In this document: piece after piece, positions 18,420 to 28,127 of the stretch
How the letters are laid out: the number at the start of each line of letters is the position of its first letter
How positions within the stretch are numbered: position 1 is the first letter of the stretch
Virus record (IMG/VR): IMGVR_UViG_3300032024_000273
Span: 1 to 34,146 of that record
DNA from: a virus
Lineage: Duplodnaviria; Caudoviricetes
Direction: 5' to 3' (one strand)
DNA: 34,146 nt
The notes under the pieces: generated by a model
Seen by the model: only the letters and a program-made list of their open reading frames with translations
Told to the model about the DNA's origin: nothing
Databases searched by the model: none
Position numbers and translations under genes: made by a program

Positions 18420-18599
18420 TTAGACCTCCGGATCGCGCGCGCGCGCGGGCTTGGGTGGGGTGCTCGTCGACACGGGCGCGGGAGGTGTGTCGGTCGTGCG
18501 CGTTTCGTCAGCCACCCACGCCCCCACGGCCTCGCGGCCCTGCGCGAGAATGCCGGGCGGGATGGGGACGAGGGCGCCGTTGATCGTGATGGATTCCAT
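18420..18599 (-). CDS. 59-aa hypothetical protein (MESITINGALVPIPPG...), absent from the ORF track
   Basis: GAGGAGGGG SD; TAA abuts the tail tube ATG; fills the gap exactly. Confidence 0.7.
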   Translation of the reverse strand: MESITINGALVPIPPGILAQGREAVGAWVADETRTTDTPPAPVSTSTPPKPARARDPEV

Positions 18600-18608
18600 G
18601 ACCCCTCC

Positions 18609-19133
18609 TCAGGGCATGCCGAAATCGTGAGATGTGGTGAACGGGACCAGGATGGCCGCCGACACCAGGGTATCCTCGATCGCCTCCCACCACTGGAGCA
18701 CGTCGGCCTCGCCGGGGAGCAGGAGGCGGAAACTGTTGCGGGTGTGCTCCGGCCCGTTTGGGTCGAGTTGGCGGTATTTCCGGAGGCTCCAGAGCACCGC
18801 GCGCAGGACATAATTTCCGTCCCGCTTGGCGTCGGCCATGTTGGTGGCGCGGAGTCCGATCCGGACCAGCAGGTTCCAGGAGCCGTGCCCGCTGTTCTGG
18901 GCGGCGCTCCCGTCGAAGACCCGCCCCGTGTGGAGCGCCACCGTGACGACGACACCGGTGCCGGGATCCGGGAACTGTCCCGGGGCCGCGGCCTCGTCGC
19001 GGGTCTCGTCCATCACCGCGACCGTGCCCGGCAGAGGATCGCCCGTGTCGCGCGGGACCGCCGCGAGCAGGGCGCCGACCCCATTGATGGGATCGGCCAG
19101 CCAGTCGGCGATGAGGCGCACCGGCTCGTTCAT
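18609..19133 (-). CDS. Putative tail terminator/completion protein
   Basis: Position and size; ATGA coupling. Confidence 0.6.
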   Translation of the reverse strand: MNEPVRLIADWLADPINGVGALLAAVPRDTGDPLPGTVAVMDETRDEAAAPGQFPDPGTGVVVTVALHTGRVFDGSAAQNSGHGSWNLLVRIGLRATNMADAKRDGNYVLRAVLWSLRKYRQLDPNGPEHTRNSFRLLLPGEADVLQWWEAIEDTLVSAAILVPFTTSHDFGMP

Positions 19134-19456
19134 GCGACCACCAGCACTTCCCAGACGAGCCCATCCGCCGTGCGGCGGATATCCCGGACCCGGTAGGTGG
19201 TCAGGGTGTCATCGTCCCCGATGGCGCCCACCTGGATGGTCTGTTTCCGGGTGAGGGCGGGAAGGGCCTGGGCCGCGAGGTGGAGCACACGCTCCCGCCG
19301 AAGCATGGTCTCTCCCGGCTCCAGGCCCGCGGCGGACGTCCCCACCACGGACTCCTGGTCATCCAGGAGCCCGCGGGTCGAGCCCGAGGGTGCCACCACC
19401 CGCACCGACAGCAGCGGATCGTGGACCATCGTGAGGACGTCTGCCCTGAGGCTCAT
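19130..19456 (-). CDS. Putative head-tail joining protein (gpFII-like)
   Basis: 108 aa, C-terminal YRVRDIRRTADG motif, position. Confidence 0.65.
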   Translation of the reverse strand: MSLRADVLTMVHDPLLSVRVVAPSGSTRGLLDDQESVVGTSAAGLEPGETMLRRERVLHLAAQALPALTRKQTIQVGAIGDDDTLTTYRVRDIRRTADGLVWEVLVVA

Positions 19457-19462
19457 GCGTCC

Positions 19463-19966
19463 TCAGGCGATGGCCGAGGGGAGCGACTTCCCGCCGGTCT
19501 TCGGATCGAGCATCAGGTAGAGCGCACCACCGAACTGCGCGGTGACCCCCGCCCCGACGTCGGGGATGGAGAGTCGCACATGCGTGAAGCCTCCCGCGAC
19601 GTCCAGCTGTTCCGCGCGCACCTCAACCACGAACACCGCCTCCGCCTCCGCCGACACGGCGTCGACGAAGGTGTTGGCCGCGGGCTGCGTGGTCTTGATG
19701 AACGCGGCGAGGGCGGTCTGGGGCCCGACCTTAGACCAGACCTCGGTGAAATTCAGTGCCTTGACGCCCGTGCCGGCGGCGTCGGTGGCCTGCTCGAGCG
19801 TCAGCACGGGGTCATCACCGGCCGAGCCGATGCCTTTCTGCACGACGATGACGCAGCGCCCATACTGCGTGAGGCCGACAAAATCACCGGTGTTGGCACC
19901 GGTCCGAAGATCGACCGGCGTGATGCCGGAGACGATCGTGGCGTTCTCCAAAAACCTGTTGGTCAT
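19463..19966 (-). CDS. Capsid-associated (decoration/cement-like) protein
   Basis: Directly after the capsid gene, GGAGGAG SD, LEQATDAAGTGVKAL beta-sandwich motif. Confidence 0.65.
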   Translation of the reverse strand: MTNRFLENATIVSGITPVDLRTGANTGDFVGLTQYGRCVIVVQKGIGSAGDDPVLTLEQATDAAGTGVKALNFTEVWSKVGPQTALAAFIKTTQPAANTFVDAVSAEAEAVFVVEVRAEQLDVAGGFTHVRLSIPDVGAGVTAQFGGALYLMLDPKTGGKSLPSAIA

Positions 19967-19992
19967 GGTTGTGCTCCTCCGTGGTAGAGACG

Positions 19993-20020
19993 GGGGAGGA
20001 GGACCGAAGGCCTCCTCCTC
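19993..20020 (-). terminator. C(UUCG)G hairpin just after the capsid gene (stabiliser or partial terminator)
   Basis: GAGGAGGCC-TTCG-GTCCTCCTC on the minus strand. Confidence 0.5.
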
Positions 20021-20034
20021 AGTCGGTCAGGTCA

Positions 20035-22437
20035 TCAGGCCCGGTTCGCCAGGACGACGAACGGCGACAGGGTGGCGGTCCCCTTGAACGGGGTCAGCGG
20101 AGCGCTCTCCTTCGGTGCGCCATTGACGCGGAACATCCAGCGGAACACCCGCTCCGCCTGCAGGAACCGCACGTGGATCGACTGCTCCTCATCCACGCCG
20201 CCCTTGCTGATGAGCTTGTAGCGGGACAGATCGAGGAAGGCGATGTCGCCCTTGTCGCCGAGCGCGGAGCAGTACTCGAGCGGAATCGCCGGGCGGCCCT
20301 TGATGGTGGCCAGCGAGTTGGCCGCCAAGGCGCCCGCCGGGGTGAAGACAGGCCAGCCGCCCACGTTCTCCGTGCCGGCCACGTTCTTGACCGGGAAGAA
20401 CATCCGCTCGAGCTGCTGCTCGACCTCCACGTTGTAAAACCAGACCCCGCGCGCCCGCGAGCGCGGAGGCACCCGCCCCCACATCTTGGTGACGTTCTCC
20501 GCCACCACCGTGTCCGCGGCCTGCCCGGATTCCTTCGGGACCTCGACCGTCGCCGGGGCGTTGAGGATGCCGAGACACTGGCCGGCACCGGTCCCGCGGT
20601 AGATCTCGTTGTCGACGGTGAACGCCATCTCCGACCGGAACGCCTGGCCGAACACGGCTTCCATCGAGGCCGCATCCTTGAGCAGGCGGTCGGCCGCCCA
20701 GGCGATCCCCATCAGATCCTCGAGCCGGAGTTCCCACGGCTTGATCTGCGGCTTGGTCGCGGTGACCGTCTCGGCCTCCGCGCGCCGAAACACCTGGACA
20801 CCGCCCCAGCGCGAGCCGGTGGCCCGGCTGGTCTCGTCCAGCATGACGACCTCGAGCCCGTCGGCGTTGGCGCCGATCTCGCTCACGTCGCACCGGCTGG
20901 ACAGCGCGCCCTCGTCGAACGCCTCCTTGGCCAGGTCGACCGAGAACTCCTTCTGGATCAGGAACCCGCCGTCGGGCCCGCTCGTGGCGGAGCCCCCGGT
21001 CGCGGCGCCCTGGATCCGCGTGAGGCGCTCCGGCACCCGTCCCGTCATCCCTGCCTGCGCGATGTCGAGCAACTGCTCGCCGAGCGTCCGGTACGGGCCG
21101 TGGGCCGTGCCGTTGTCGCCGCCGGGCAGGGCGTGCACCCGGATGGTGTCCCGCTCGACCCGCAGTTCGCCGAGGATCTGGCGCTGGGCCTGTTCGACGG
21201 AGACCTTGCTGGTCATCCACTGCCGCAGCTCCGCGGCGGGCCGAGAGTACTCCTCCGCCAGCGCCGCGAGCCCGTCGACGCGGGCCTGTTCGAGAGCCGC
21301 CGACGGACCCGCGTGGTCCCCGGTGTCCTTCGTGATCGGGTCAGCCCCGGTGGTGCGGGCCGCCGTGCCGTTGTCCTCAGGCATGGTGTGCTCCTTGGCC
21401 TCAGGGGCCGGTTCATGTTCGTGGGACGGAACAATCCGGGGCTCGGCGTCCACGACCGCCGCCGGGGGAACAGTGCCGGCCGCCGTGACAGAGCCGCCGC
21501 CAGATATCGTGATCAGACTCAGAGAGGGGAGTGCGACCGCGGCCATGCCCAGAGAAGCCTGCGCGACCCTCACGCCGGAGCGCGGCCCAGAGCGGCGCGT
21601 CATCACCCGCCCGATCGTCTCCTCGAGGGTGGCCACGCGGTCCGCCATGCCCATGCGGACCACACGCTCGGCCCCGAAGACCCGGCCCTCGCCAAACTGC
21701 TCGCGGACCTGGTCAACCGTCACGTCGCGCTGGCGGGCGAGGGCCTTGACGAAGGCTCTATGGGCCTCGTCCACGCGCTCCTGCATGTGCATCCGGGCCT
21801 CATCACCCAGGGGCTCGAGCGAGTTGGCCTCCGCCTTGAAACGGCCCGCCCGGATCAGGGTGTGGGTGACCCCCTCCGCATCATCCGCGCGCGAGGTCTC
21901 GGTGTGGATCGCGAAGACACCGACCGACCCCACGTCCCCGGAGGGGGTCACGACCAGCTCATCGGCCGCCGTCCCGATCCAGTAAGCCGCACTCGCGGCG
22001 AGACTGTTGGCGACGGCGAGTATGGGCTTGGTCCCGCGCGCATCGAACACCGTCTTCGCGAGCTCAGGGACACCGGAGACAGCCCCTCCCGGGGAATCGA
22101 TGTCCAGGATGACCGCCGACACCGCATCGTCCTCCATCGCCTGCCGAAACCAGAGGGCGAACTTCTCGGTCGAGGTCCCGCCCGGACCGCTGATATCCTG
22201 GACCTGGTTCATGCGGTGCCCGATGATCCCGAAGAGCGGCAAGACGGCCACCCCGCCCGTCGTCGGTGCCGCCACCGGGCGCTGCGGGCCCGCCGCCGCA
22301 CGGATCTCGTCCCGCGACAGCTTCCCAAACTCGATCTGGTAGGCAATGACCTCCGCCAGTGCCTCCAGGCGCTCGGGCATCAGGGCCCATGGAGTGGTCA
22401 GGGCCGCCTGCACCACGCGGCGGAGTCTCCGGCTCAT
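20035..22437 (-). CDS. S49 (SppA-like) prohead protease fused to an HK97-fold major capsid protein
   Basis: LDIDSPGG, AASAAYWI, VGSVGV and FGEGRVF motifs; capsid DGGFLIQKEF...SPFVVLANRA. Confidence 0.92.
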   Translation of the reverse strand: MSRRLRRVVQAALTTPWALMPERLEALAEVIAYQIEFGKLSRDEIRAAAGPQRPVAAPTTGGVAVLPLFGIIGHRMNQVQDISGPGGTSTEKFALWFRQAMEDDAVSAVILDIDSPGGAVSGVPELAKTVFDARGTKPILAVANSLAASAAYWIGTAADELVVTPSGDVGSVGVFAIHTETSRADDAEGVTHTLIRAGRFKAEANSLEPLGDEARMHMQERVDEAHRAFVKALARQRDVTVDQVREQFGEGRVFGAERVVRMGMADRVATLEETIGRVMTRRSGPRSGVRVAQASLGMAAVALPSLSLITISGGGSVTAAGTVPPAAVVDAEPRIVPSHEHEPAPEAKEHTMPEDNGTAARTTGADPITKDTGDHAGPSAALEQARVDGLAALAEEYSRPAAELRQWMTSKVSVEQAQRQILGELRVERDTIRVHALPGGDNGTAHGPYRTLGEQLLDIAQAGMTGRVPERLTRIQGAATGGSATSGPDGGFLIQKEFSVDLAKEAFDEGALSSRCDVSEIGANADGLEVVMLDETSRATGSRWGGVQVFRRAEAETVTATKPQIKPWELRLEDLMGIAWAADRLLKDAASMEAVFGQAFRSEMAFTVDNEIYRGTGAGQCLGILNAPATVEVPKESGQAADTVVAENVTKMWGRVPPRSRARGVWFYNVEVEQQLERMFFPVKNVAGTENVGGWPVFTPAGALAANSLATIKGRPAIPLEYCSALGDKGDIAFLDLSRYKLISKGGVDEEQSIHVRFLQAERVFRWMFRVNGAPKESAPLTPFKGTATLSPFVVLANRA

Positions 22438-24041
22438 GAGGTCACCTCAGGATAGGGGCGAAGAGAGTGCCCTGCCGCCGCGCGACCGTTCCCGTTGCCG
22501 TTCCCGTTCCGGCGCGGCGGGGACGGCAGCGTCTCCTCGAGATCCTCGGTCTCGCGTGCCGGTGCCGCGGGGGAACTCCCGCGCAGCACCTTCTGCGCGG
22601 GGTCGACCCACTCGACCCCGTTCTCGCGGTTGATCCGCATCGCCTCGGCAATCTCCTCGACGATCTCCTCGTAGTCCCGGCCCTGTTCGGCAGCAATCCG
22701 CTGCGGGCTGTTGATCCGGAGGGCGACACTCTTGATGGCCGCATCGAGGTCCTTCTCCGGGTCGATCCAGTCGAACCCCGGCAGATCCCAACGGCAGGTG
22801 CAGTATTTCGAGGGCTCGGGAGAGGGGAGCGGGATGGCGCCGGCCAGGTTTCCGAACCTCAGGAAATCCCGGTAGATCACATCATGGAAACGGCGTGCGA
22901 ACCACCGCTGCAGGGCACGCAATCCCCGTCGCTCGGCGATCAGACCGGTCCGGCCCGACGAGAAGGACGTGCTCGACAGGTCGCCGGAGAAGCCGATGTA
23001 GCTGGCACCCACCGCGCGGGCGATGACATGAAGCATGGCCCGGTTAAACTCAGCGAAGTTGGCGTTCGGGTGGGTCGGGTCCCACTCGTCGAACTTCCAT
23101 CCCGGCGGGAGTTGGCGTGCGAGTCCCGCCTCCGCCTCCAGGACCAGCGGCTCGGGGGCTCCATCCGCTGTCTCCACCGTGGCGCTTTCCGCGACCCCGA
23201 GGGTTTCCGCGTCCTGCCCGGTCATGGTGAAGAAGCCGCCCTGCGAGGCCGCAATCCGCGCCTGCGTCACCTCGGCCTCGGTGTAGCCGTCCAGCATGCG
23301 CATGGCGATCATGCCGGGCGTCAGGATCGGGATCCCGCGGTGCTGCCCCGCGCGCCAGGGCACGTACAGATGGAGGATCTGGCCGGCCGGAATGCGCACG
23401 CGCTCGCGGATCCGCTGGCTGTCCGAGGGGTGGCTCCGCCAGAGGTGGTAGGCGACCGGCCGCCCAAAGCCGTCGATCTCGATCCCCTGCGTGATTTCGT
23501 TCTGGTTCTGTCCCGGGGGGCGGTTGAACGACTCGTCGAGGAGATCGGGATCCAGCACCTGGAGCGCGTAGCCAAACTGGTTGCCGAACCCGCCGAGACG
23601 CCGGATCAAGACCTCGCCATCCATGGCCCACATGCCCAGCACCAGGCGTTCCAGGTCCGACCAGGACGTGAGCCCGTCGGCGGAACAGATCTCCGGGGCG
23701 CCCCACTCGGTCCAGAGCGCGAAGAGGGTGTCGCCGAGCTCCTTCCGCAAGTTCCCGTTGCCGAACCGCACGCGGGGGCTCAGGGTGATCCCCTCGGAGC
23801 TCAGGACATGGTCCGTGAGGTAGTACCGGAAACCAGCACAGTGGGAGTTGTCGCGGAAGAGCTGCCGGCTCCGGGCGCGCAGGGTGCGGAGGGACGACTT
23901 CGTTTCCCGGTCCGCGCTGAGGAGGCTTGCGAACCAGTCCTGGGTCAGCCGGTTGGTGGCGGCGCCGCCGAACACAGCATGGAGGGAGACACGTGTGGCC
24001 GGCCGCCGGGCCGGCCGGCGCGGAAGGTCAAGCGAGATCAC
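22434..24041 (-). CDS. Portal protein, lambda gpB family
   Basis: LRARSRQLFRDN, GIEIDGFGRPVAYH, GDLSSTSFSSGR and WIDPEKD motifs; start 24041 by GTGA overlap (24065 also possible). Confidence 0.95.
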   Translation of the reverse strand: MISLDLPRRPARRPATRVSLHAVFGGAATNRLTQDWFASLLSADRETKSSLRTLRARSRQLFRDNSHCAGFRYYLTDHVLSSEGITLSPRVRFGNGNLRKELGDTLFALWTEWGAPEICSADGLTSWSDLERLVLGMWAMDGEVLIRRLGGFGNQFGYALQVLDPDLLDESFNRPPGQNQNEITQGIEIDGFGRPVAYHLWRSHPSDSQRIRERVRIPAGQILHLYVPWRAGQHRGIPILTPGMIAMRMLDGYTEAEVTQARIAASQGGFFTMTGQDAETLGVAESATVETADGAPEPLVLEAEAGLARQLPPGWKFDEWDPTHPNANFAEFNRAMLHVIARAVGASYIGFSGDLSSTSFSSGRTGLIAERRGLRALQRWFARRFHDVIYRDFLRFGNLAGAIPLPSPEPSKYCTCRWDLPGFDWIDPEKDLDAAIKSVALRINSPQRIAAEQGRDYEEIVEEIAEAMRINRENGVEWVDPAQKVLRGSSPAAPARETEDLEETLPSPPRRNGNGNGNGRAAAGHSLRPYPEVTS

Positions 24042-24607
24042 GGCGTCGGGCTCCCGAAGGTCCACTCCACCCGGCGTCCGAAGGACTGCGGCCGGCGAAG
24101 TCGGGCCACCTCGGCGCTATACCGCATCCGCACCCGGTAGAGCTCGGCCATGTCGAGCCGCGTCACCTGGCGGCCCGCGATCATGTAGCTCGCCGTCCGC
24201 CCGGCCACGAGGTCCTCGATGGCGGTCTCCACCTGGGCCAGCATTTTCTCGGCGTGCGAGAGCGGCTCTCCCCCGACGACCGCACTGGGGTTTGGTGTGA
24301 CCTGCAGCCGTCCCAGGTCGATCGAGTCCCGGCGGCCACCGAACGCACCGCTCCCGGTGAGCAGAGCCACCAGGACGTAGGAGCCGGCGGGAAGCGGCGC
24401 CGTCGCCGTGGCGGGTACCGTGACCGTGTGCAGGTCTCCGGTGGCCACCACCATGGCGCCGCCAATCGTCAGCGTGGCGGGCCCGCGGAGCTCATAGGAC
24501 AACGCCCAGCCCTCGGACGCGGGATACTCCGCAAAGGAGCGTGCCCAGGTCCAGGTGTCGCCCGCTCGCGCGGTCTGGGGTTCGCCCGAAGGCGTCACAG
24601 GTGCCAT
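24038..24607 (-). CDS. Head-tail joining protein, gpW-like with an N-terminal extension
   Basis: AIEDLVAGRTASYMIAGRQVTRLDMAEL gpW pattern; precedes the portal. Confidence 0.8.
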   Translation of the reverse strand: MAPVTPSGEPQTARAGDTWTWARSFAEYPASEGWALSYELRGPATLTIGGAMVVATGDLHTVTVPATATAPLPAGSYVLVALLTGSGAFGGRRDSIDLGRLQVTPNPSAVVGGEPLSHAEKMLAQVETAIEDLVAGRTASYMIAGRQVTRLDMAELYRVRMRYSAEVARLRRPQSFGRRVEWTFGSPTP

Positions 24608-24647
24608 ACGCACCTATGATGGGGAGTGAGGCGGAGCGCGAGTAGGG

Positions 24648-24941
24648 TTAGGCGACCCGAGAGGGTGCCTCAGGTGGCACCCCCGCCGGGGAGTATCGCA
24701 GCCGGTAGGACCGGGCACCCGACCCCTCGGCCCGCCGTTCGACGTATCCGAGGCTCACCAGTCGCCGGAGACTGCGCGACACATGCTCCGGCCGCATGTG
24801 GGTGCGCCGGGTGATGATCAGGCGTTTCCATTCGCGCCAGTCCTGCAGGTCGAGCTCGCTCAGTGCCTCGCCGTAGACCAGCAGATCCAGCCGCCGGAGA
24901 CGCCGGTCGATGAGCGCCGCTCGGACCGCCGGAAGGCTCAC
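24648..24941 (-). CDS. Winged-helix DNA-binding protein
   Basis: VSRSLRRLVSLGYVERR...RSYRL motif; GTGA overlap with the terL stop. Confidence 0.7.
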   Translation of the reverse strand: MSLPAVRAALIDRRLRRLDLLVYGEALSELDLQDWREWKRLIITRRTHMRPEHVSRSLRRLVSLGYVERRAEGSGARSYRLRYSPAGVPPEAPSRVA

Positions 24942-26902
24942 CACCGCCTCCAGCTGCCACCGCGCGGGAGCCGCTTCACCCACGACTTCGGTGCCGGAGG
25001 TGTTCCGGGCTCCTGCTCCGTGCCGGGGTCCTGTCCGGGAGACTCCGCCGCGTCCTCGGCGGACACCGTGTTCTCCTGTTCCGCCGGGTCACACCATTCT
25101 GCGCCGGCCGCCGTGGCGCGGTCGGCGATCTTCCCCAGGTCGCTCAGGCGGATTGGGGCGATGCGGAGCCCCACCAGGCAGAGCACCTCGATATCGAGCG
25201 CCTCGTTGCGGACGCCGCGCGGGCAGACGTACTGCCGGACCCAGCGGCCGCCGGTGACCTGCTTCATGACCGGCTTTTCCGCGGTCACCTGGGCGAACCA
25301 CTCCTCGTCGAGCCAGTCGGGGATGTGCATGTAGCCCGGGCCGGGGCTGGCAAGCTTGAGCGCGCCCAAGACCGCATCCTTCCCCGCCTCTGTCCCGATC
25401 ATCCAGAGTCCCGCGCGAGCCTTGTTGTTGCGGAGCGGGCGCCTCCCCACCAGAGGCTTTCCCGGAGTCGAGTACCCCTTCGTGGAGAATACCCGGAACC
25501 GCTCGCGCGGCTTCGTGTAGGCGTAGACGGCGGAGGTGTGTGCTCCGGAGTCCACCAGCGTGACCAGGGGCCGCAGCCCCGGACCGCTCGCGCGCACCCG
25601 GATGCGCACGCGCTCGGCCTCGAGCTCTTTCCACGGCGACCCTTCTTTGTCGATTGTCAGGGAGGGATCGCCGACCGCGATGCCGCGCGCAATCGGCCAC
25701 GATTGCTCGCCGGCGCCCCATCCCCGGATGATCCACTCGAGCCGGTCGTCCTGTACATCCACGCCCATCGTGAGTACCGCCACCCCCGCCGGCACCTCGG
25801 CGGGGTAGGTCTCTTTCCGCGACTGGATGGCCTCCGGGTCGAGGCCACCAACGCGCTCCTCCCATGTCTCCGCCAGCACCGTGTTCACGAACACCTGGAG
25901 TCGGGTGAGGTTGCCCTGTACCTCGTCGAACTCCTCCACCAGCTCGGACCACCGGGCCCAGGGCGAGTAGAGGGAGGGCAGGTGGAACGACACCTTCCGC
26001 GCCGTGGATTCCGCCGTGGCGACCCACCTACCGGCGGCGAGCATTGCTGTCTTGCGCTGCTCCGGGATCAGGCATCCGCAGTGCTCGCAGGCGTAGGCGG
26101 CGGTCTCCGGGTGTCCGCGCTCCCACCGCAGGTGCTTCCACCGCAGGACCAGGTCCTCATCACACTCCGGACAGGGGACCACGTAGTGCCGCTGGTCCCC
26201 CTCGAGATAGGAGGCCTCGATGCGGCTGGAGCCCTTGAGGGTCGGAGTCGAGGCGAAGACCTTTTTGCGATTCCAGAATGTTGCCGTCCGCTTGGCCGCG
26301 AGGCTCAGCGGGTCGCCCTCCGTGCCCGCCGAGGCGGGAAATCGGTCGAGCTCGTCCGTCAAGAGCACCCGGATCGGCTTGGCGGCGAGCCCGCTCGGCG
26401 CGTTGGCGCCCACCATGGTGATGTGGCCGCCGGGGTACTCCTTCACGAGCAGGGTGTTCCCGCTGTTCCGGCTCTTCGGGTCCTTGAATCGCGACCGGAG
26501 CGCCGGGGTGTCCCTCAGCATCGGCGCCAGGCGCGTCTTGCTCCACTGCTCTGCGTCCCCAATCGTCGGGAGCACGATCATCACCGGCGCCGGGTCCTGG
26601 TGACCATAGTAGCCGCAGGTGTTGAGCAGCACTTCGGTTTTTCCACTCTGACTCCCCATCATCAACACCACGGTCTCGATCGTCGGGTCGCTGATCGCGT
26701 CCTGGATCCCGCGGAGGTACGGTGCCCGGTCGGTCCTCCACTGTCCCGGCTCCGCGCTCGCCTCGCGGGACAACACCCGGAACTCGTCGGCCCACTGCGA
26801 GAGGGTCAGGGTCGGTGGCGGCGAGAGTCGCGACGCCACCACGGCATTGAGCTGCTCCTCGAGCGCCGAGAGCGCATCGGGATGCGACAGGACGGCCGTC
26901 AT
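24938..26902 (-). CDS. terL: Terminase large subunit, lambda gpA family
   Basis: GSQSGKTE Walker A, LLTDELD Walker B, STPT, two CxxC, GVDVQDDRLE and RNEALD nuclease motifs. Confidence 0.97.
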   Translation of the reverse strand: MTAVLSHPDALSALEEQLNAVVASRLSPPPTLTLSQWADEFRVLSREASAEPGQWRTDRAPYLRGIQDAISDPTIETVVLMMGSQSGKTEVLLNTCGYYGHQDPAPVMIVLPTIGDAEQWSKTRLAPMLRDTPALRSRFKDPKSRNSGNTLLVKEYPGGHITMVGANAPSGLAAKPIRVLLTDELDRFPASAGTEGDPLSLAAKRTATFWNRKKVFASTPTLKGSSRIEASYLEGDQRHYVVPCPECDEDLVLRWKHLRWERGHPETAAYACEHCGCLIPEQRKTAMLAAGRWVATAESTARKVSFHLPSLYSPWARWSELVEEFDEVQGNLTRLQVFVNTVLAETWEERVGGLDPEAIQSRKETYPAEVPAGVAVLTMGVDVQDDRLEWIIRGWGAGEQSWPIARGIAVGDPSLTIDKEGSPWKELEAERVRIRVRASGPGLRPLVTLVDSGAHTSAVYAYTKPRERFRVFSTKGYSTPGKPLVGRRPLRNNKARAGLWMIGTEAGKDAVLGALKLASPGPGYMHIPDWLDEEWFAQVTAEKPVMKQVTGGRWVRQYVCPRGVRNEALDIEVLCLVGLRIAPIRLSDLGKIADRATAAGAEWCDPAEQENTVSAEDAAESPGQDPGTEQEPGTPPAPKSWVKRLPRGGSWRRW

Positions 26903-27384
26903 GTCCCGGAGCCCTCCGCCAGTTCCGTCAACACCTCACCCACCGCGTCCTGCAGAAGCCCCTGGGCCTGCATCGCCGTCTCCGCCCCGACCAGCCGGGG
27001 GGCGAGTTTCCCCGGAATGGCCGTGATCCGCGCCCGCACCCGCTCCAACACCGAGGCCACCCGGGACACCACGTCCTGGACGGCCACCATCTGTCCTCGC
27101 CGGGTGGCTAATTCGATCTCCGCCATCTCGGCCTCGGCGCTCATCTTGCGGGTCCGGGCACCCTCGAAATCTCCGGGACGGACGCGATCAGTTTCGGTAC
27201 GGCGCAGGTACCTGATATAGCCCCGCACAGACTCTGCGATCGGATATGATCCGCGCTTGGCGCGAGGAATGACTCCGGCTTTCGCCAGCTGCTGGACTCG
27301 ACGGACGTCGAGATCGAGGAGCGTGGCCAATGTCGCGACCGTGGCATGCCCCTTTTCGGGCGCCGGGGCTTTACTACGAGCCAT
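26899..27384 (-). CDS. terS: Terminase small subunit, gpNu1-like
   Basis: N-terminal wHTH (LATLLDLDVRRVQQLAKAGVIP...YIRYLR) plus coiled coil; ATGA overlap with terL. Confidence 0.92.
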   Translation of the reverse strand: MARSKAPAPEKGHATVATLATLLDLDVRRVQQLAKAGVIPRAKRGSYPIAESVRGYIRYLRRTETDRVRPGDFEGARTRKMSAEAEMAEIELATRRGQMVAVQDVVSRVASVLERVRARITAIPGKLAPRLVGAETAMQAQGLLQDAVGEVLTELAEGSGT

Positions 27385-27460
27385 TGAGGCACGGTAACCC
27401 CTTGCGGGGCAATGTGTTACGAGTCCTTGCGCCGTTGGGCTGACATGCTATTTTTGAGGA

Positions 27461-27793
27461 ATGAAGCCCCTCTTCATTCCCCTGCGCACTCGCTGGTTTG
27501 GCGCCTACCTGGACGGGACAAAAACCGTTGAATGGCGCGCCTACGGCCCTCGCTGGAGTCGACAGGTCGCCGCACGTGGTCGGCCTGTCGTACTCTCTCA
27601 TGGCTATTCGGGAGACCGGCTGAGCGGCACGGTCGTGCGCTCTCGTAAGGTCAGGGCTGAACACGCACCCCAGGCCGCACGAGAGATCTACCCACAGACG
27701 CGATTCTTTTGCGCGATTCATCTCGCGCTGAGCGACGGGATGCCGAGGAACTCGGCGGCCCTCGATCTGTTCTCCTCCGCCGGGCCGATGTAG
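27461..27793 (+). CDS. ASCH-domain protein
   Basis: LFIPLRTRWF...GTKTVEWR (GxKxxExR) and LSHGY motifs. Confidence 0.8.
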   Translation: MKPLFIPLRTRWFGAYLDGTKTVEWRAYGPRWSRQVAARGRPVVLSHGYSGDRLSGTVVRSRKVRAEHAPQAAREIYPQTRFFCAIHLALSDGMPRNSAALDLFSSAGPM

Positions 27794-27857
27794 CGAAACA
27801 CCGCACAGGGCCGTCCACCATGCCGCCCAAATTTGTCCTGATCCATGTGATGCCCGG

Positions 27858-28127
27858 GCGCACCTGGGCCGCTGTGAGGCCAGTGGCAACGTGGACCGGG
27901 ACAGTGGCGAGACCGAGTTGCCGCGCGGCCAGGAGATGGGTGTGCCCAGCGATCACGGTCAGGTCGGTGTCCACCACGATGGGCTGGCGCCACCCGAACT
28001 CCCGAATCGAGGCCGCCGTCTTGGCAACGGCCGCCTCGTTCTTCCTCGGATTCCGGGCATACGGGACAATCCGGCCGATCGGGAGATCTTCGACGAGGAG
28101 TGTGGACTTTTTGACGGGTCTGGTCAC
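27858..28127 (-). pseudogene. Truncated ParB/Srx-like N-terminal domain (ORF runs on to 27651 in apparently unrelated sequence)
   Basis: PYARNPRKN, SIREFGWRQPIVVD, IAGHTHL; homology stops at GLTAAQVR, before the expected ADN motif. Confidence 0.75.

Noticed and set aside
3740-27220. Many long plus-strand ORFs (e.g. 3740-5278, 10732-12510, 13796-15418, 19969-22455, 25325-27220)
   Set aside because: Antisense shadows of well-supported minus-strand genes; stop codons are scarce in high-GC DNA, and the translations are low-complexity with no motifs.
27427-27454. Possible sigma70 promoter for the ASCH gene (TTGCGC...TATTTT)
   Set aside because: 16-bp spacer and a weak match; could equally be terminase-binding or terS leader sequence.
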